Source: Leucoraja erinacea (lineage: Eukaryota). From it: a stretch of DNA of 64,000 nucleotides. This document shows, piece by piece, positions 1 to 11,313 of the stretch. How positions within the stretch are numbered: the stretch's first letter is position 1; each line of letters starts with the position of its first letter. Where the stretch lies: positions 11,718,001 to 11,782,000 of the forward strand of contig NC_073412.1 of NCBI RefSeq assembly GCF_028641065.1, read 5' to 3'. The translations under genes and the position numbers were made by a program. The notes below the pieces were generated by a model. That model was not told where the DNA came from and searched no databases. It was given only the letters and a program-made list of their open reading frames with translations.

Positions 1-1182
1 ATTATTTCCCTTGCCCCTTACTAGGTCTCAATATACTTCTGCAAGTTGGGTTTCCTCTTAATCTTATCTGCCAAGTATATTCTGACTCCTTTTTGCACTC
101 CTAATGTCTTTCTTAAATTCTCTCCCAAACTCTCTCTACTACTGAAGGGACTCAATTGTAATTGCCTATACCTGCCATTTGCCTCCTTTTTTTTTTCCTT
201 GAGCAAATCTTTAATATAGTTCATCGCCTACGTTTCCCCCAAACTTGTCATTTTTACTTTTCACCCTTGCCAGAACATGTTGCTACTGAACTCTAACTAA
301 CTTTCTTATAACAGATTCCCACATGCCAGTCAGTTTTACCTGCAAGCATCCGCTCCAAATTTATTTTCGCCAGATTCTCTGTAAAGCCATAATTTTCCCT
401 ACACAAGACCTTAACCCGAGGGCCAACCTCATCCCATTCCAACGCCCAACACGGACTTCCATCTGTATATATGTATATATGAATGTCCATAACTACCATC
501 AAAGTTAAAATAATTACTGTTCCCAAAGTAATCGCCCCATCCCCACCTCTATCAGCTGTGCCATTGTGCCGTCATCTATGGAAAATGTCAAAGTGAAAAA
601 CTCAATCCAACAGGTAATGAAAAGGTACTTACCTTCCAAAGTTAGTTCCTACAGCTCTCAAAATATACTCCTCAGGGTCGTTTTAAATTGGCAGTTAATT
701 CTGAGGCAGCTTCACTGGAATGAACAATTGACCTAACTACTGCATCTACTGGCTTCCCACTCACACTGAATGTGGGTAGGTCGGGCTCTGGTTTCAGATC
801 TAACATCCCAAAGGTTGTCAAGCTGAAACTTTATCTGTTTCTCTCTCCAGAGATGATTCTGATCATCTCCAGCAGTTTGTTTTTACTGCAGGATTTCCAG
901 TACCTGCTTTTGATTTCTGCTTCTTCTATCTGCATTTATATGGCAGAACCACTCCATTTACTTTTTATTCACTAAAATAATACTCAAACAGAATCTGCAC
1001 GTACAATGAACACTTTGCCACTATCTAATGTTTAAGGTCATTAGTGAAGTGGCAGACATTTGCTTGCCACGTATCTTTTATTTAACTAATGTTGCTTTTT
1101 CCTTCATGCTTGTGAATTTTTTTTCCCATCCTCCCCCCCCCCCCCACCAAACCTCCAGCGAGGTAGGGAAATGACAATGTAC

Positions 1183-1363
1183 CTCTTTTCTCCCTTTGCA
1201 TTCTGCCACCACCACCAAAGAACATGTCGAAGATGTCCATGGGCGAGGAGAAGCCACCACCCCCTACTCCTCCTTCTTTAATGGCTTGCTCACCACCTTG
1301 GTCATAGATGTCTCGCTTCTTAGGATCTGATAAAACCTCATAGGCTTGTGATATAAGTTTGAA
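1183..1363 (-). CDS. DNAJA4: DNAJA4 coding exon 2 (end of J-domain and G/F-rich region); gene continues beyond window start
   Basis: Reads [60 protein letters not shown](G); 181 bp between a tttaatag acceptor and a gtacat donor. FKLISQ...DPKKRD..DQGG is DNAJA4-type rather than DNAJA1-type. Confidence 0.93.
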
Positions 1364-1759
1364 CTATTAAAGAGAAGCAAAAGAAAATAAAAAGTAAATT
1401 ATCATGTCCAAGTATTCCTAATGTCACTAATCTATTGAGATCCTGCAGAGAAACCTTCTTTCATCCATCATTTGGAAAAAAAAAACATATATGGAAGACC
1501 ACTTAATTTATTGAATAATTAACACAGAAAATTAGACATTAACCAAAAGTGGCCTGGCCCATAGTGGCCTGATCAGAAACCTCAGAAACACAAAGATCCT
1601 CATCTATATATTTTACAACCTCTTTGAAAAAATTCAATCAAATTGATCAGATGTTTACTCTCCCTGAGCAGCCAAGCAGATTTGTATTAATCTCTGTTCT
1701 TCCTGGTGTAGATGACGCTCATGTAGGTCCACCCTGCCTCTATTTGAATAAAAAAGGTG

Positions 1760-1930
1760 CCATATTTGCTGTCCTCCAGTTATCCGGCACCTCAGCTGTG
1801 GCCGTGATGGTTTGGAAATCTGCCTGGACCCTATCAATCGCCCCCTTTGCTTCACACAGCAGCCTAGCATCGATCCCATCAGTCCCCGGGGAATGATTCA
1901 CCAGGACCATTAAGGTATCCAGTGCCTCCT
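1760..1930 (-). mobile_element. Old CR1 LINE RT fragment
   Basis: SPGTDGIDARLL...VPDNWRTANMAPFLFK matches the CR1 SPGPDG / P.DW..ANV.P.FKK motifs. Confidence 0.65.
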
Positions 1931-2399
1931 GATTTTTAAAGAATACATGTTCTAGAATGTCTCTACTCCCCAAATTCTTCAACTACATTAAGCCTCACCT
2001 ATGTCCTCTGGCTGCATACACACATGGCTTAGAATCTATTTATTTGCCGATTGTTCTGCCCACGTGCCTCCACTTGAGCCCTCCCACATTACAACGTGTT
2101 TATCAACCCATTAAAAAGTGGCTTAATAATGACCCACAAAATAAAATGGTGCATTTATAAATTGTCGTACCCAGTGACAGAGATTGACTGAGGACAAACA
2201 ATCACGAAAAGATTCAAGGACTCGCTTGAAACATTCTTAAAGACTTTCAGCGTTGAAGCCATATTACTGGCAACAAGCACTGGATTATCCTGTTCAGCAT
2301 ACCCACATAAAAAGTGGTGCATGCTAATACAAGGAAATTAGAATGAGGATGCAAAGAGGAAAAGTATCTCAAAAATTAAGAACCACTTCTGCAGTTATC

Positions 2400-2965
2400 A
2401 GAGACCTAGTGAGACCACACCTGGAGTATTGTGTGCAGTTTTGGTCCCCTAATTTGAGGAAGGACATTCTTGCTATTGAGGGAGTGCAGCGTAAGTTTAC
2501 AAGGTTAATTCCCAGGATGGCGGGACTGTCATATGCTGAGCAAATGGAGCAGCTGGGCTTGTACATTCTGGAGTTTAGAAGGATGAGAGAGGATCTCATT
2601 GAAACATAAAAGATTGTTAAGGGCTTGGACACGCTAGAGGCAGGAAAGATGTTCCCGATGTTGGGGGAGTCCAGAACCGGATGCCACAGTTTAAGAATAA
2701 GTGGTAAGCCATTTAGAACGGAGACGAGGAAACACTTTTTCTCACAGAGTTGTGAGTCTGCAGAATTCTCTGCCTCAGGTGGAGGCAGGTTCTCTGGATG
2801 CTTTCAAGAGAGAGCTTGATAGGGCTCATAAAAATAGCGGAGTCAGGGGATATCGGGAGAAGACAGGAACGGGATATTGATTGTGGATGATCAGCCATGA
2901 TCACATTGAATGGCGGTGCTGGCTCGAAGGGCCAAATGGCCTACTCCTGCACCTATTGTCTATTG
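2400..2965 (+). mobile_element. CR1 LINE 3' fragment (elasmobranch HER1-like)
   Basis: LVRPHLEYCVQFWSP...GVQRKFTRLIP ORF2 C-terminus, conserved 3' UTR gctcgaagggccaaatggcctactcctgc, and (ctattgt)n tail. Confidence 0.9.
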
Positions 2966-4071
2966 ACACTGATGTTACACCACCAGCAACTGGATTTCAA
3001 GAGTTAATATCAAGCCCAGCTTGGTCTAATCTCAACATGACAGACGAAATGCCATGGTTTTACTCAAGAATGGGTGATGAATAACACACCACACAGCAAA
3101 TATCAAACTGCTATTGGAACTCAGAAAGTCGGGCAGCATCTGTGGAGGGAAATGGATAGATGTTTTGGTTGGGGATAGTTCTTCTTCAGACCTTAAACAT
3201 TGTCTGTCCACTTCCTTGACTGATACTGCCTGCCCTGCTGAGTTCCAACAGTACTTTTTTTTTGGGTTTGCTCAAGACCACAACATCTGCAATCTCTTGT
3301 GTCTCCAACATTACCCATTGTAGCCATGCGTAGTCATGACTACCCCCTTTTTACTAAGTTAAGTATTTTAATCTTGTGAGTGATAAAATATGAATGAAGT
3401 GATAAAATGCAAAAATAAATGCTGGAAGAATTTAGGGGTCAGGCATCATCAGTGGAGGGAATAGGTAAACCTTTTGAGTCGGGTTCCTTCAAACATCTGA
3501 AGGCTGAAGTGGAATCCCAAACTGAAGCGTTTCTGTCCATTCACTCCACAGATGCTGCCTGATGCACTATATTTTTCCCTTTGCTCTGAATACTGTACTT
3601 CAGTTTGGCTTGATGGTATTTATATATAGTATTATCTGACGATGGGATAACATGCAAATCAAAGCTCTTCACTGAACCTCACTACACGTGACAATAAACC
3701 TAAAGTTAAATCTCTGATGAAGGTTCTCGACCCGAAACATCACCCATTCCTTCGCTCCAGAGATGCTGCCTGTCCCGCTGAGTTACTCCAGCATTTTGTG
3801 TCTATCTTCGGTTTAAACTAGCATCTGCAATTCCTTCCTACACATAAAGTTAAACCTCCCCTAGTTCCTCCAGCACTTTGTGTTGCTCCAATTTCCAGTA
3901 TCTACAGCTCCTAGTGCCCTCAGTGGAGTCCCAGCCTAGTCCCTGTAACCAGAGTTGTTATTCAATTAAACCTTGATGCAATGGGTGAAAAAGCAGTGAG
4001 ATGATCAAACTCGGAGTTCGCTGCTGGCCAACGAAAAGGTTGTAGAAAGCCGCCGACTGCCCGCCTCTCAC

Positions 4072-4203
4072 CCGCTCGCCCTCGCCCGGGTTCTTGTCCG
4101 GGTGGAACCGCAGCGCCAGCTTGCGGTACGCCTTCTTGATCTCGTCCGGGGATGCGCTGGCCTTCACCCCCAGCGTGTCGTAGTAGCCCATCTCCTTCAC
4201 CAT
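4072..4203 (-). CDS. DNAJA4: DNAJA4 coding exon 1 (J-domain N-terminal half with HPD motif)
   Basis: [44 protein letters not shown], 132 bp, phase 0, donor gtgaga. Acceptor cccag lies 5 nt upstream of a Kozak-like ctaccATGG (exon starts at 4208). Confidence 0.93.
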
Positions 4204-4249
4204 GGTAGCTGGGGAGGGGGCAAGAGGCCAGTGAGTGCCAGACTGGGGG

Positions 4250-5993
4250 AGACTGACGGAGGGAGGGAAAGGGGACGGAGAGAGAGCGAGAGGGGGGGAG
4301 AGGAGAGAGTGAGGGGGGGGGGGGAGTGCAGGACGGGGGGGGAGAGCGAGGGGGGAGGAGTGGGGGAGAATGAGGGGGAGAGAGTGAGGAGGGGGGGGAG
4401 AGTGAGGGGGGGGGGAGAGTGAGGGGAGAGAGTGAGGGGGGGAGAGTGAGTTAGGGGGGAGAGCGAGTTAATGAGGGGGGAGAGAGTGAGAGTTAGTGAG
4501 GGGGGGAGAGAGAGAGTGGAGTTAGTGAGGGGGGGGGAGAGAGAGAGAGAGGGAGAGAGAGTGAGAGAGAGAGGGAGAGTGAGAGGGAGAGAGTTGAGAG
4601 AGAGAGTGAGGGGGGGAGAGAGTGAGGGGGGAGATAGTGAGAGTGAGGGGGGGGGGGGGGGAGTGAGGGCGGGAGAGTGAGGTGGGGAGAGTGAGGGGCA
4701 GACACAAAAGCAGATGTATACAGCAATTCGTTCTTCCCCCGCACAATTAAAGCATGGAATAATCTCCACCCAACTATAGTTACCCAACCAGATGCAACTA
4801 AATTTAAAGTAGCTCTTTCTTCCCAATAACCGTTTCTGGCTTAAGCCCTCCCTTCACCACCTCCAGTTTAAATTCCATTTGGAATATTTTGGGGGACCAA
4901 GAAGCCCAGAGAGAGTGAGGGGGGGAAGTGGGGGGGGAGAGAGGGTGAGGAGGGGGAGAGAGAGTGAGAGTGATGGGGTGAGAGAGAGTGAGTGGGGGGA
5001 GAGAGTGAGAGTGAGAGAGAGGAGGGGGAGAGTGAGAGTGGGGGAGAGTGAGGGAGAGGTGAGAGGGAGAGTGAGAGGGAGGAGTGAGAGTGAGGGGAGT
5101 GAGAGTGAGAGTGAGAGTGAGAGGGGGGAGAGAGTGAGAGTGAGGAGGGAGAGAGTGAGGGAGGGGAGAGAGAGAGAGAGTGAGAGTGAGGGGGGAGAGA
5201 GTGAGAGTAAGGGGGAGGAGAGTGAGAGTGAGAGAATAAGGGGGGAGAGTGGGGAGTGAGAGAGTGAGGTGGAGAGAGTGAGGGGGAGACACAAAAGCAG
5301 ATATATACAGCAATTCGTTCTTCCCCCGCACAATTAAAGCATGGAATAATCTCCACCCAACTATAGTTACCCAACCAGATGCAACTAAATTTAAAGTAGC
5401 TCTTTCTTCCCAATAAACCTTTCTGGCTTAAGCCCTCCCTTCACCACCTCCAGTGTAAATTCCATTTGAAATATTTTGGGGGACCAAGAAAACCCAGAGA
5501 GAGTGAGAGTGAGGGGGGAGAGAGTGAGAGTGATGGAGAGAGAGTGAGAGTGAGAGTGAGAGGGAGGAGAGAGTGAGAGTGAGAGTGAGGGAGAGAGTGA
5601 GAGTGAGAGTGAGGGTGAGAGTGAGAGGGAGGGGGTGAGGGGGGAGAGAGAGGGGGGAGAAGGGGAGGGAGAGTGAGGGGGAGAGAGTGAGAGTGAGGGG
5701 GAGAGAGTGAGAGTGAGGGGGGGAGAGTGAGAGAGTGAGAGTGAGGGGGAGCGAGTGAGAGTGAGGGGGGGGAGAGAGTGAGAGTGAGAGTGAGGAGAGA
5801 GAGAGTGAGAGTGAGGGGGGGGGAGTGAGAGTGAGAGTGAGGGGGGGAGAGAGAGTGAGAGTGAGAGTGAGGGGGAGAGAGAGGAGAGTGAGAGGGGGAG
5901 AGAGTGAGAGTGAGGGGGAGAGTGAGAGTGAGAGTGAGGGGAGAGAGAGAGAGTGAGAGTGAGGGGGAGGAGTGAGAGTGAGAGTGAGGGGGA

Positions 5994-6029
<36 letters not shown>

Positions 6030-6050
6030 AGGAGAGGGTGAGAGTGAGTG
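4250..6050. repeat. Purine-rich (GAGAGT/GAGGGG)n low-complexity tract in DNAJA4 intron 1
   Basis: About 1.8 kb of almost pure G/A with GAGAGT periodicity, interrupted twice by the same ~210-bp sequence. Confidence 0.95.
4701..5495 (+). mobile_element. Two near-identical ~210-bp LINE 3'-end fragments (about 4701-4905 and 5288-5495)
   Basis: Both encode ...YSNSFFPRTIKAWNNLHPTIVTQPDATKFKVALSSQ*, the SFFPR..WN.L C-terminal motif of CR1/L2-group ORF2. Copies are 587 bp apart. Confidence 0.75.
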
Positions 6051-6319
6051 CGGGACGGATCGGGGAGAAGAGGTCGGTCGGGGTGCGGGATCCGGGATCC
6101 AGCGAGGGGGGGAGAGGAAGGACGGAGGCCGGGGTCCCAGAGCCAGGGTTACCGACCACCTCCCCCCTCCCACACTCTCCCAGTCCGGGTTCAGGTTCAG
6201 GCCGTCCCCCGCCGGTGAAGGGAACATCCTCGGATAAGTATCTCGCTTCTCCGGCGATGGCGTCCTCCCTTGCCAGCCCTTCCCCTCCCTCCGTCCCCCG
6301 GCGCCGGGTCCCCACTCAC

Positions 6320-6362
6320 CACCGTCACCGCCGCCGCCGCTCCCGTTATGATTTGAAGGCCG
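6320..6362 (-). other. DNAJA4: Predicted non-coding first exon of DNAJA4 (TSS approximate)
   Basis: Donor GTGAGT at 6319-6314, inside a CpG island, about 30 nt downstream of a TATA-like GAATAAAG (plus-strand ctttattc ~6389-6396). Confidence 0.6.
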
Positions 6363-6387
6363 CCTCACGCCGCCCGCCCGCCGCTCG

Positions 6388-6500
6388 CCTTTATTCGGCG
6401 GCTTCCAGAAAGTTCGGAACTCGCCCCGCCCCCCCGGGCCTGTTGCTGTCCGGTCGCCATGGAGACTTCCAGAAAGTTCGCGTGGTTTCTCGGATGTTCC
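6388..6500 (-). promoter_or_regulatory. DNAJA4 heat-shock promoter: TATA-like box plus two heat shock elements
   Basis: The identical 15-mer cTTCcaGAAagTTCg occurs at 6402-6416 and 6466-6480. The second continues in phase with TTC at 6487 and 6497 and GGA at 6492. GC boxes lie between them. Confidence 0.85.
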
Positions 6501-6699
6501 GCGGGAGGCAACGAGTGGCCCGGCCTCGGCTGCTGCTCCCTTGCCTTCCCTCCCCTGCCCGGCCCGGCCCGGGGGCGACCAGCTCCGGCCCGGGGGCCGT
6601 TCCCTCTGCTCCACCCATTACAACCCCATGGATCGCCGCTCCTATGGGGCTCCCCCTCCCTCTAGGACCTCTTCCTTCAATAACTATGCTTATCCCCCT

Positions 6700-7560
6700 C
6701 CCTCACCAGCATCTCCTCTGTGGCCAGTAGTTCTGCTCTGGCTTTCCCTCCCCAAGAGGGAACAAGGATCTAGTTCCTCACCTCAAAAGGTGGTCTTCAC
6801 CTTTCACACCACCAGTCAAGCCTCGCATCCAACACATCATCTCCTGACATTTCCAACACAATCCCATCGCCAATCAACTCTTCCCATCCCCACCACTTTC
6901 TGCCTGCAGCAGAGACTTGCTCCCTTCACATCTCCTTGGTTCACCCATCCTACCCCAAGCAAGGTTACACAAAAAAGCTGGAGAAACTCAGCGGGTGCAG
7001 CAGCATCTATGGAGCGAAGGAAATAGGCAACGTTTCAGGCCGAAACGTTGCCTATTTCCTTCGCTCCATAGATGCTGCTGCACCCGCTGAGTTTCTCCAG
7101 CTTTTTTGTGTAACCTTCGATTCTCCAGCATCTGCAGTTCCCTCTTAAACACTGTGTCTACCCCAAGCAATATCTCCTGCAGTTGCATGGGAAAGTATAT
7201 GTCCCTGTACTTCCCCCATCTCCTCTATCCAGGAACCCCAGCAGTCCTTCGAGGTGAAACAGAAGTTCACATGCATCTCCTCCAACCTCATCTACTGCAT
7301 CCAGTGTACCCAATGTGTGGCCTCCTGTACACTGGAGACCAAAGGTTGACCAGGCAATTGTTTTGCAGACAACTTGCACTGAGTCTACTAGGGGCTACTG
7401 GATCTCCCAGTAGCCAACTATTTTACCTTCCCTTCCCCTACTGACCTTTGTGTCCTGGGCCTTTTCCATTGCCAAAGTGAGGCCACATACAAACTGGAGA
7501 AACAGCATCATATTGCACTTGCTGGTATAAATATTGAATTCTCCAATTTAGGTAACTCAA
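6700..7560 (+). mobile_element. Degenerate Penelope-like element fragment with a younger palindromic insertion at 6961-7150
   Basis: Frameshifted remains of the FTCISSNLIYCI.C..CGLLY.GET GIY-YIG motif; same family as 48150-49520. Confidence 0.75.
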
Positions 7561-7994
7561 CTTCAACCACCCGTTCCCACTTTTTTTTCTTTTCCACCTG
7601 GACTTGTACCCATTTCTCCACTTCCCATTTCACAGCTCTTCTATCCTTATTTCACACCTTTTGTCTTTTCATCTCTGGCCTTTATTGGCCCATCTGCTTA
7701 TCAAAATAAAAGCCTTATCTTACAGGCTAATAGAAATATATTGAACGTATGTGTAGGAAAGAACTGCAGATGCTGGTTTATATTGAAGATACACAAAATG
7801 CCAGAGTGACTCAGCGGGACAGTCAGCATCTCTGGAGAGAAGGAATGAGTGACGTTTCAGTCTGAAGAAGGGTCTGGACCCAAAACGTCATCCATTCCTT
7901 CTCTCCAGAGATGCTGCCTGTCCCGCTGAGTTACTCCAGCAATTTGTGTCTATCTTATATTAACTGTATAATGGGTTGAATATTTTCTTTCCTC

Positions 7995-8990
7995 CTTTCT
8001 GTATTCGCTAGAATTTAGAAGATTGAGGGGGGATCTTATAGAAACGTACAAAATTCTTAAGGGGTTGGACAGGCGAGATGCAGGAAGATTGTTCCCAATG
8101 TTGGGGAAATCCAGAACAAGGGGTCACAGTTTAAGGATGAAAGGGGGAAGTCTTTTAGGACCGAGATGAGAATTATTTTTTTTCACAGTGAATTTCACAG
8201 TGGTGAATCTGTGGAATTCTCTGCCACAGAAAGTAGTTGAGGCTAGTTTATTGGCTATATTTAAGAGGGAGTGACCTTTGAGACTAAAGGGAGCTGCTCT
8301 GGTCAAGAAGGCACAGCAACGACTGTTCTTCCTGAGGACATTAAAAAAGACTGGTCTGCCCCAACAGCTGCTGACAACGTCTACCGCTGCACCACAGAGA
8401 GCATATTAACGTATGGCATCTCTGTGCGGTATCTCAGCTGCACGGAGGCGGAGAGGAGAGCTCTTCAGCGCGTCGTCCACAGAGCGCAGAGGATTATTGG
8501 GACACAGCTACCAGCCTTGGAGGGCATCTACCACACACGGTGCCCCAGGAAGGCCGTCAGCATCCATAAAGACTCCTCACACCCTTGTAACGGACTGTTC
8601 AAACTACTTCCCTCCGGCAGACGTTACAAGGCCTTCTACGCCCGAACCTCCAGACTCAGAAACAGCTTTATTCCCAGAGCTATAGCGGCTCTGAACCGGC
8701 CCTGCTGAGTGCCCCCCCCCCCCCCATCCCCCCTGGACTGTCTCCCTCGGATGGTCACGTCACACAGCTTATTTATTTATTTTACTTTTCTTTACATCGG
8801 TTGGAAGCTGCATACTAAATCTCGTTGCACTGATGTGTAATGACAATAAAATATATTATTATTATTATCATCCAGTATGGAGAGAAGGCAGGTACAGGAT
8901 ACCGAGTTGGATGATCAGCCATGATCATATTGAATGGTGGTGCAGGCTTGAAGGGCCGAATGGCCTATTCCTGCACCTATTTTCTATGTC
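7995..8990 (+). mobile_element. CR1 3' fragment interrupted by a Rex1/Babar LINE 3' end (about 8297-8868)
   Basis: CR1 sequence flanks an insert encoding ESILTYGIS...LQRVVHRAQRIIG...LLPSGRRY..RTSRLRNSFIPRAI, which ends in aatgacaataaa plus (tat)n. Confidence 0.85.
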
Positions 8991-11229
8991 CCTTCCCCCA
9001 ACATTTGCTCAGGAGCTAGCCCTTGATCCACTTCATTTGTCCAACAATTTTACAGCTGCTATTTGTGGAAACAAAAGTATGCTCTGCCATGGTTATTTGT
9101 GGAACCAGCAACACAGCTTTCAGATGAGAATGTAACGCACAGCTTCCAAATGCATGAAGAGATCTAACAAACATTCACAGTACAAGGAAAGTATCAATAT
9201 AAATAGGATAGTAATAAACATTAAAAAAAAACTAAAGATCAAGAGGGCATTACAGGAAAAAAGTGATGAAAATTAGCTCACCTACTTACCCAGTTGAATT
9301 TCCAATGTTTCTTTTGTATATATGCTTGACAATAAAGTTCAAATACAAATAAATCTGTCTAGTTGATATGCCTTGGTGTATGAACATACACTAAAGATGA
9401 ATAAAGGGGTTGGTTTCATATTTTTATCCAAGCCAAACATTTATCCATTGGTAAGGTCTGTGGCCTGAGACTTAACTTTCCACCACATGTGCTGCCCAAC
9501 CCATGCAATTCAACAGCCATAATAGTTTGCTTTCATTTTAGATTTTCATTTACTGTATTAGAGTCAGAGTCATAGAGGATAGTGTGGAAACAGGCCCTCT
9601 AGCCCAACTCACCCACCGGCCAACAATGTCCCAGCTACCCTAGTCCCACTTGCCTGCGCTTGGTCCATACCGTGAAGGGTTTAGATGGAGTGCAATTCCT
9701 CAAAAGTGCTCAGGAGAATTTTCTTAAACAGTATGTGGAGGCCCCCACACATGCGAGGGCAGCACTGGGAAGGACAAGTTAATGAAGTGTGTGTGAAGGA
9801 GCCTTTTGGGACCAGTGACCACAGTTCGATTAGATAGTTATGGATCGGGACGGAGAGGGTCCACGTGTTAATATGCTCAACTGGGGTAAGGCCAACTTTG
9901 AGGCTATGAGAGGTCTCGCTCAAGTTGACTGGAGGAGGTTATTTGAGGGGAAAGGAAAACAGCTAAGTGGAATAAACCAGCCCCCCTTCCTCGCTCTCCG
10001 GCTTTTTGCCTAATCTGTCCATTAACCTTTCCCACACCCCCCCTCCATACCAACCCTCCTGTGCCTCTGTCCTTGCACAAGATCCCACTCTCCAGCCAAT
10101 CTAGTTTAAACCCTCCCGTGTAGCATTCTCCTAAATTCTAGCGAGTACAAGCCGAGTCTATCCAGTCTTTCTTCATATGAAAGTCCTGACATCCCAAGAA
10201 TCAGTCTGGCGAACCTTCTCTGTACTCCCGCTATGGCAAGAATGTCTTTCCTCAGATTTGGAGACCAAAACTGTACGCACCCATTCCTGCTCACTGTCGA
10301 AGTGCAAAGTGCAAATTGTTGAGGAACTAATTTAGCCTCACAATTGAAATGTTAAACCATTGCTCGCATCACCACAATTGTATTAGGATACTTCAAACTC
10401 AAGAGAAATGTTAACGACAAAGAACACACGTTTTAAATCTAAAAGCTGTATTTGCTTTGAAGCAGAGAATATCAATTTTCCTCTCAAAGATATACGCATT
10501 ACCACAATTTAGGAGGGCTTTAGAATATAATTTTTATAATACAAATATAATTAAGAGCAGCAATTTGTGCTTTGATGAACACAGCTGAAAATTAGCTCAT
10601 CTCAAACACCATTTTTAATCAGTGCTTCTACTTTAACAATCAGCAAGCTGATTTTAAAAATAACAAGATTATGCCTTACAGAAACATTTGTTTTATTTGG
10701 CGTACAAGTTTTAGTAACTTAAAAAGTATTAACAGGCCACGATTATTTGGCCTGGGGAAAGTAGGCCAGTTTTTTTTCAACATTTATTTAAATAGAAAAG
10801 GTACTGCAAAAGATCAAGGAAATTGATTGACACAACAATCCCACATTCATTAGCAGGATGGAAGCAAGTTGAGATTTGTACATTGAAAACAACCATTCAC
10901 AAAATACAAGAAACCATTTTGAGAACTGCTTTAATTAAGTGGAATGGAAGTAAATAATGAAATGATATGCACAATCTGCAGCAGCTTTCTATATAAAAAT
11001 GATAATAATCTGGGTCAGGACAAAAATACTCAGTATCAATAATAAATAATCTGAATGCCACTAAAGACAGTACATTATAATTTTTTACCAGAAGGAAATG
11101 TAAAATAGCAGGACATTTAAATTGCATTCACAGCTTTTGTTTACATGGATGTGACAGACTGATTCTGTACAGCAGAGTTGACTTTGGTGGATAATGAGAG
11201 TTGAATACTACAGCAAATATTGTGCTAAC

Positions 11230-11313
11230 TCAATCCAGGTCCCTCACTCGCTGGCAGATTTCATGTGTGAACTCAGAACATTTAGAATTGCCACCAAGAT
11301 CTTTGGTTAGCAC
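11230..11313 (-). CDS. IDH3A: IDH3A exon 11 (last coding exon)
   Basis: VLTKDLGGNSKCSEFTHEICQRVRDLD*; acceptor ttttgacag. Candidate AATAAA signals at 10788-10783 and 10697-10692. Confidence 0.95.
   Translation of the reverse strand: MLTKDLGGNSKCSEFTHEICQRVRDLD

Noticed and set aside
600-700. Strong donor-like AG|GTAAGT on the minus strand near 632 as the next DNAJA4 exon
   Set aside because: The adjacent sequence does not encode the expected KNVVHQLSV...CxxCxG segment; that exon must lie beyond the window start.
4197-6730. Long ORFs of 159-407 aa rich in S/L/P/H or E/R/G
   Set aside because: They are translations of the GA microsatellite and the CpG island, with no domain content.
9270-9310. 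Donor-like GGGTAAGTAGGTGAG on the minus strand as an alternative upstream DNAJA4 exon
   Set aside because: No promoter, acceptor or coding evidence; cannot be supported without transcripts.
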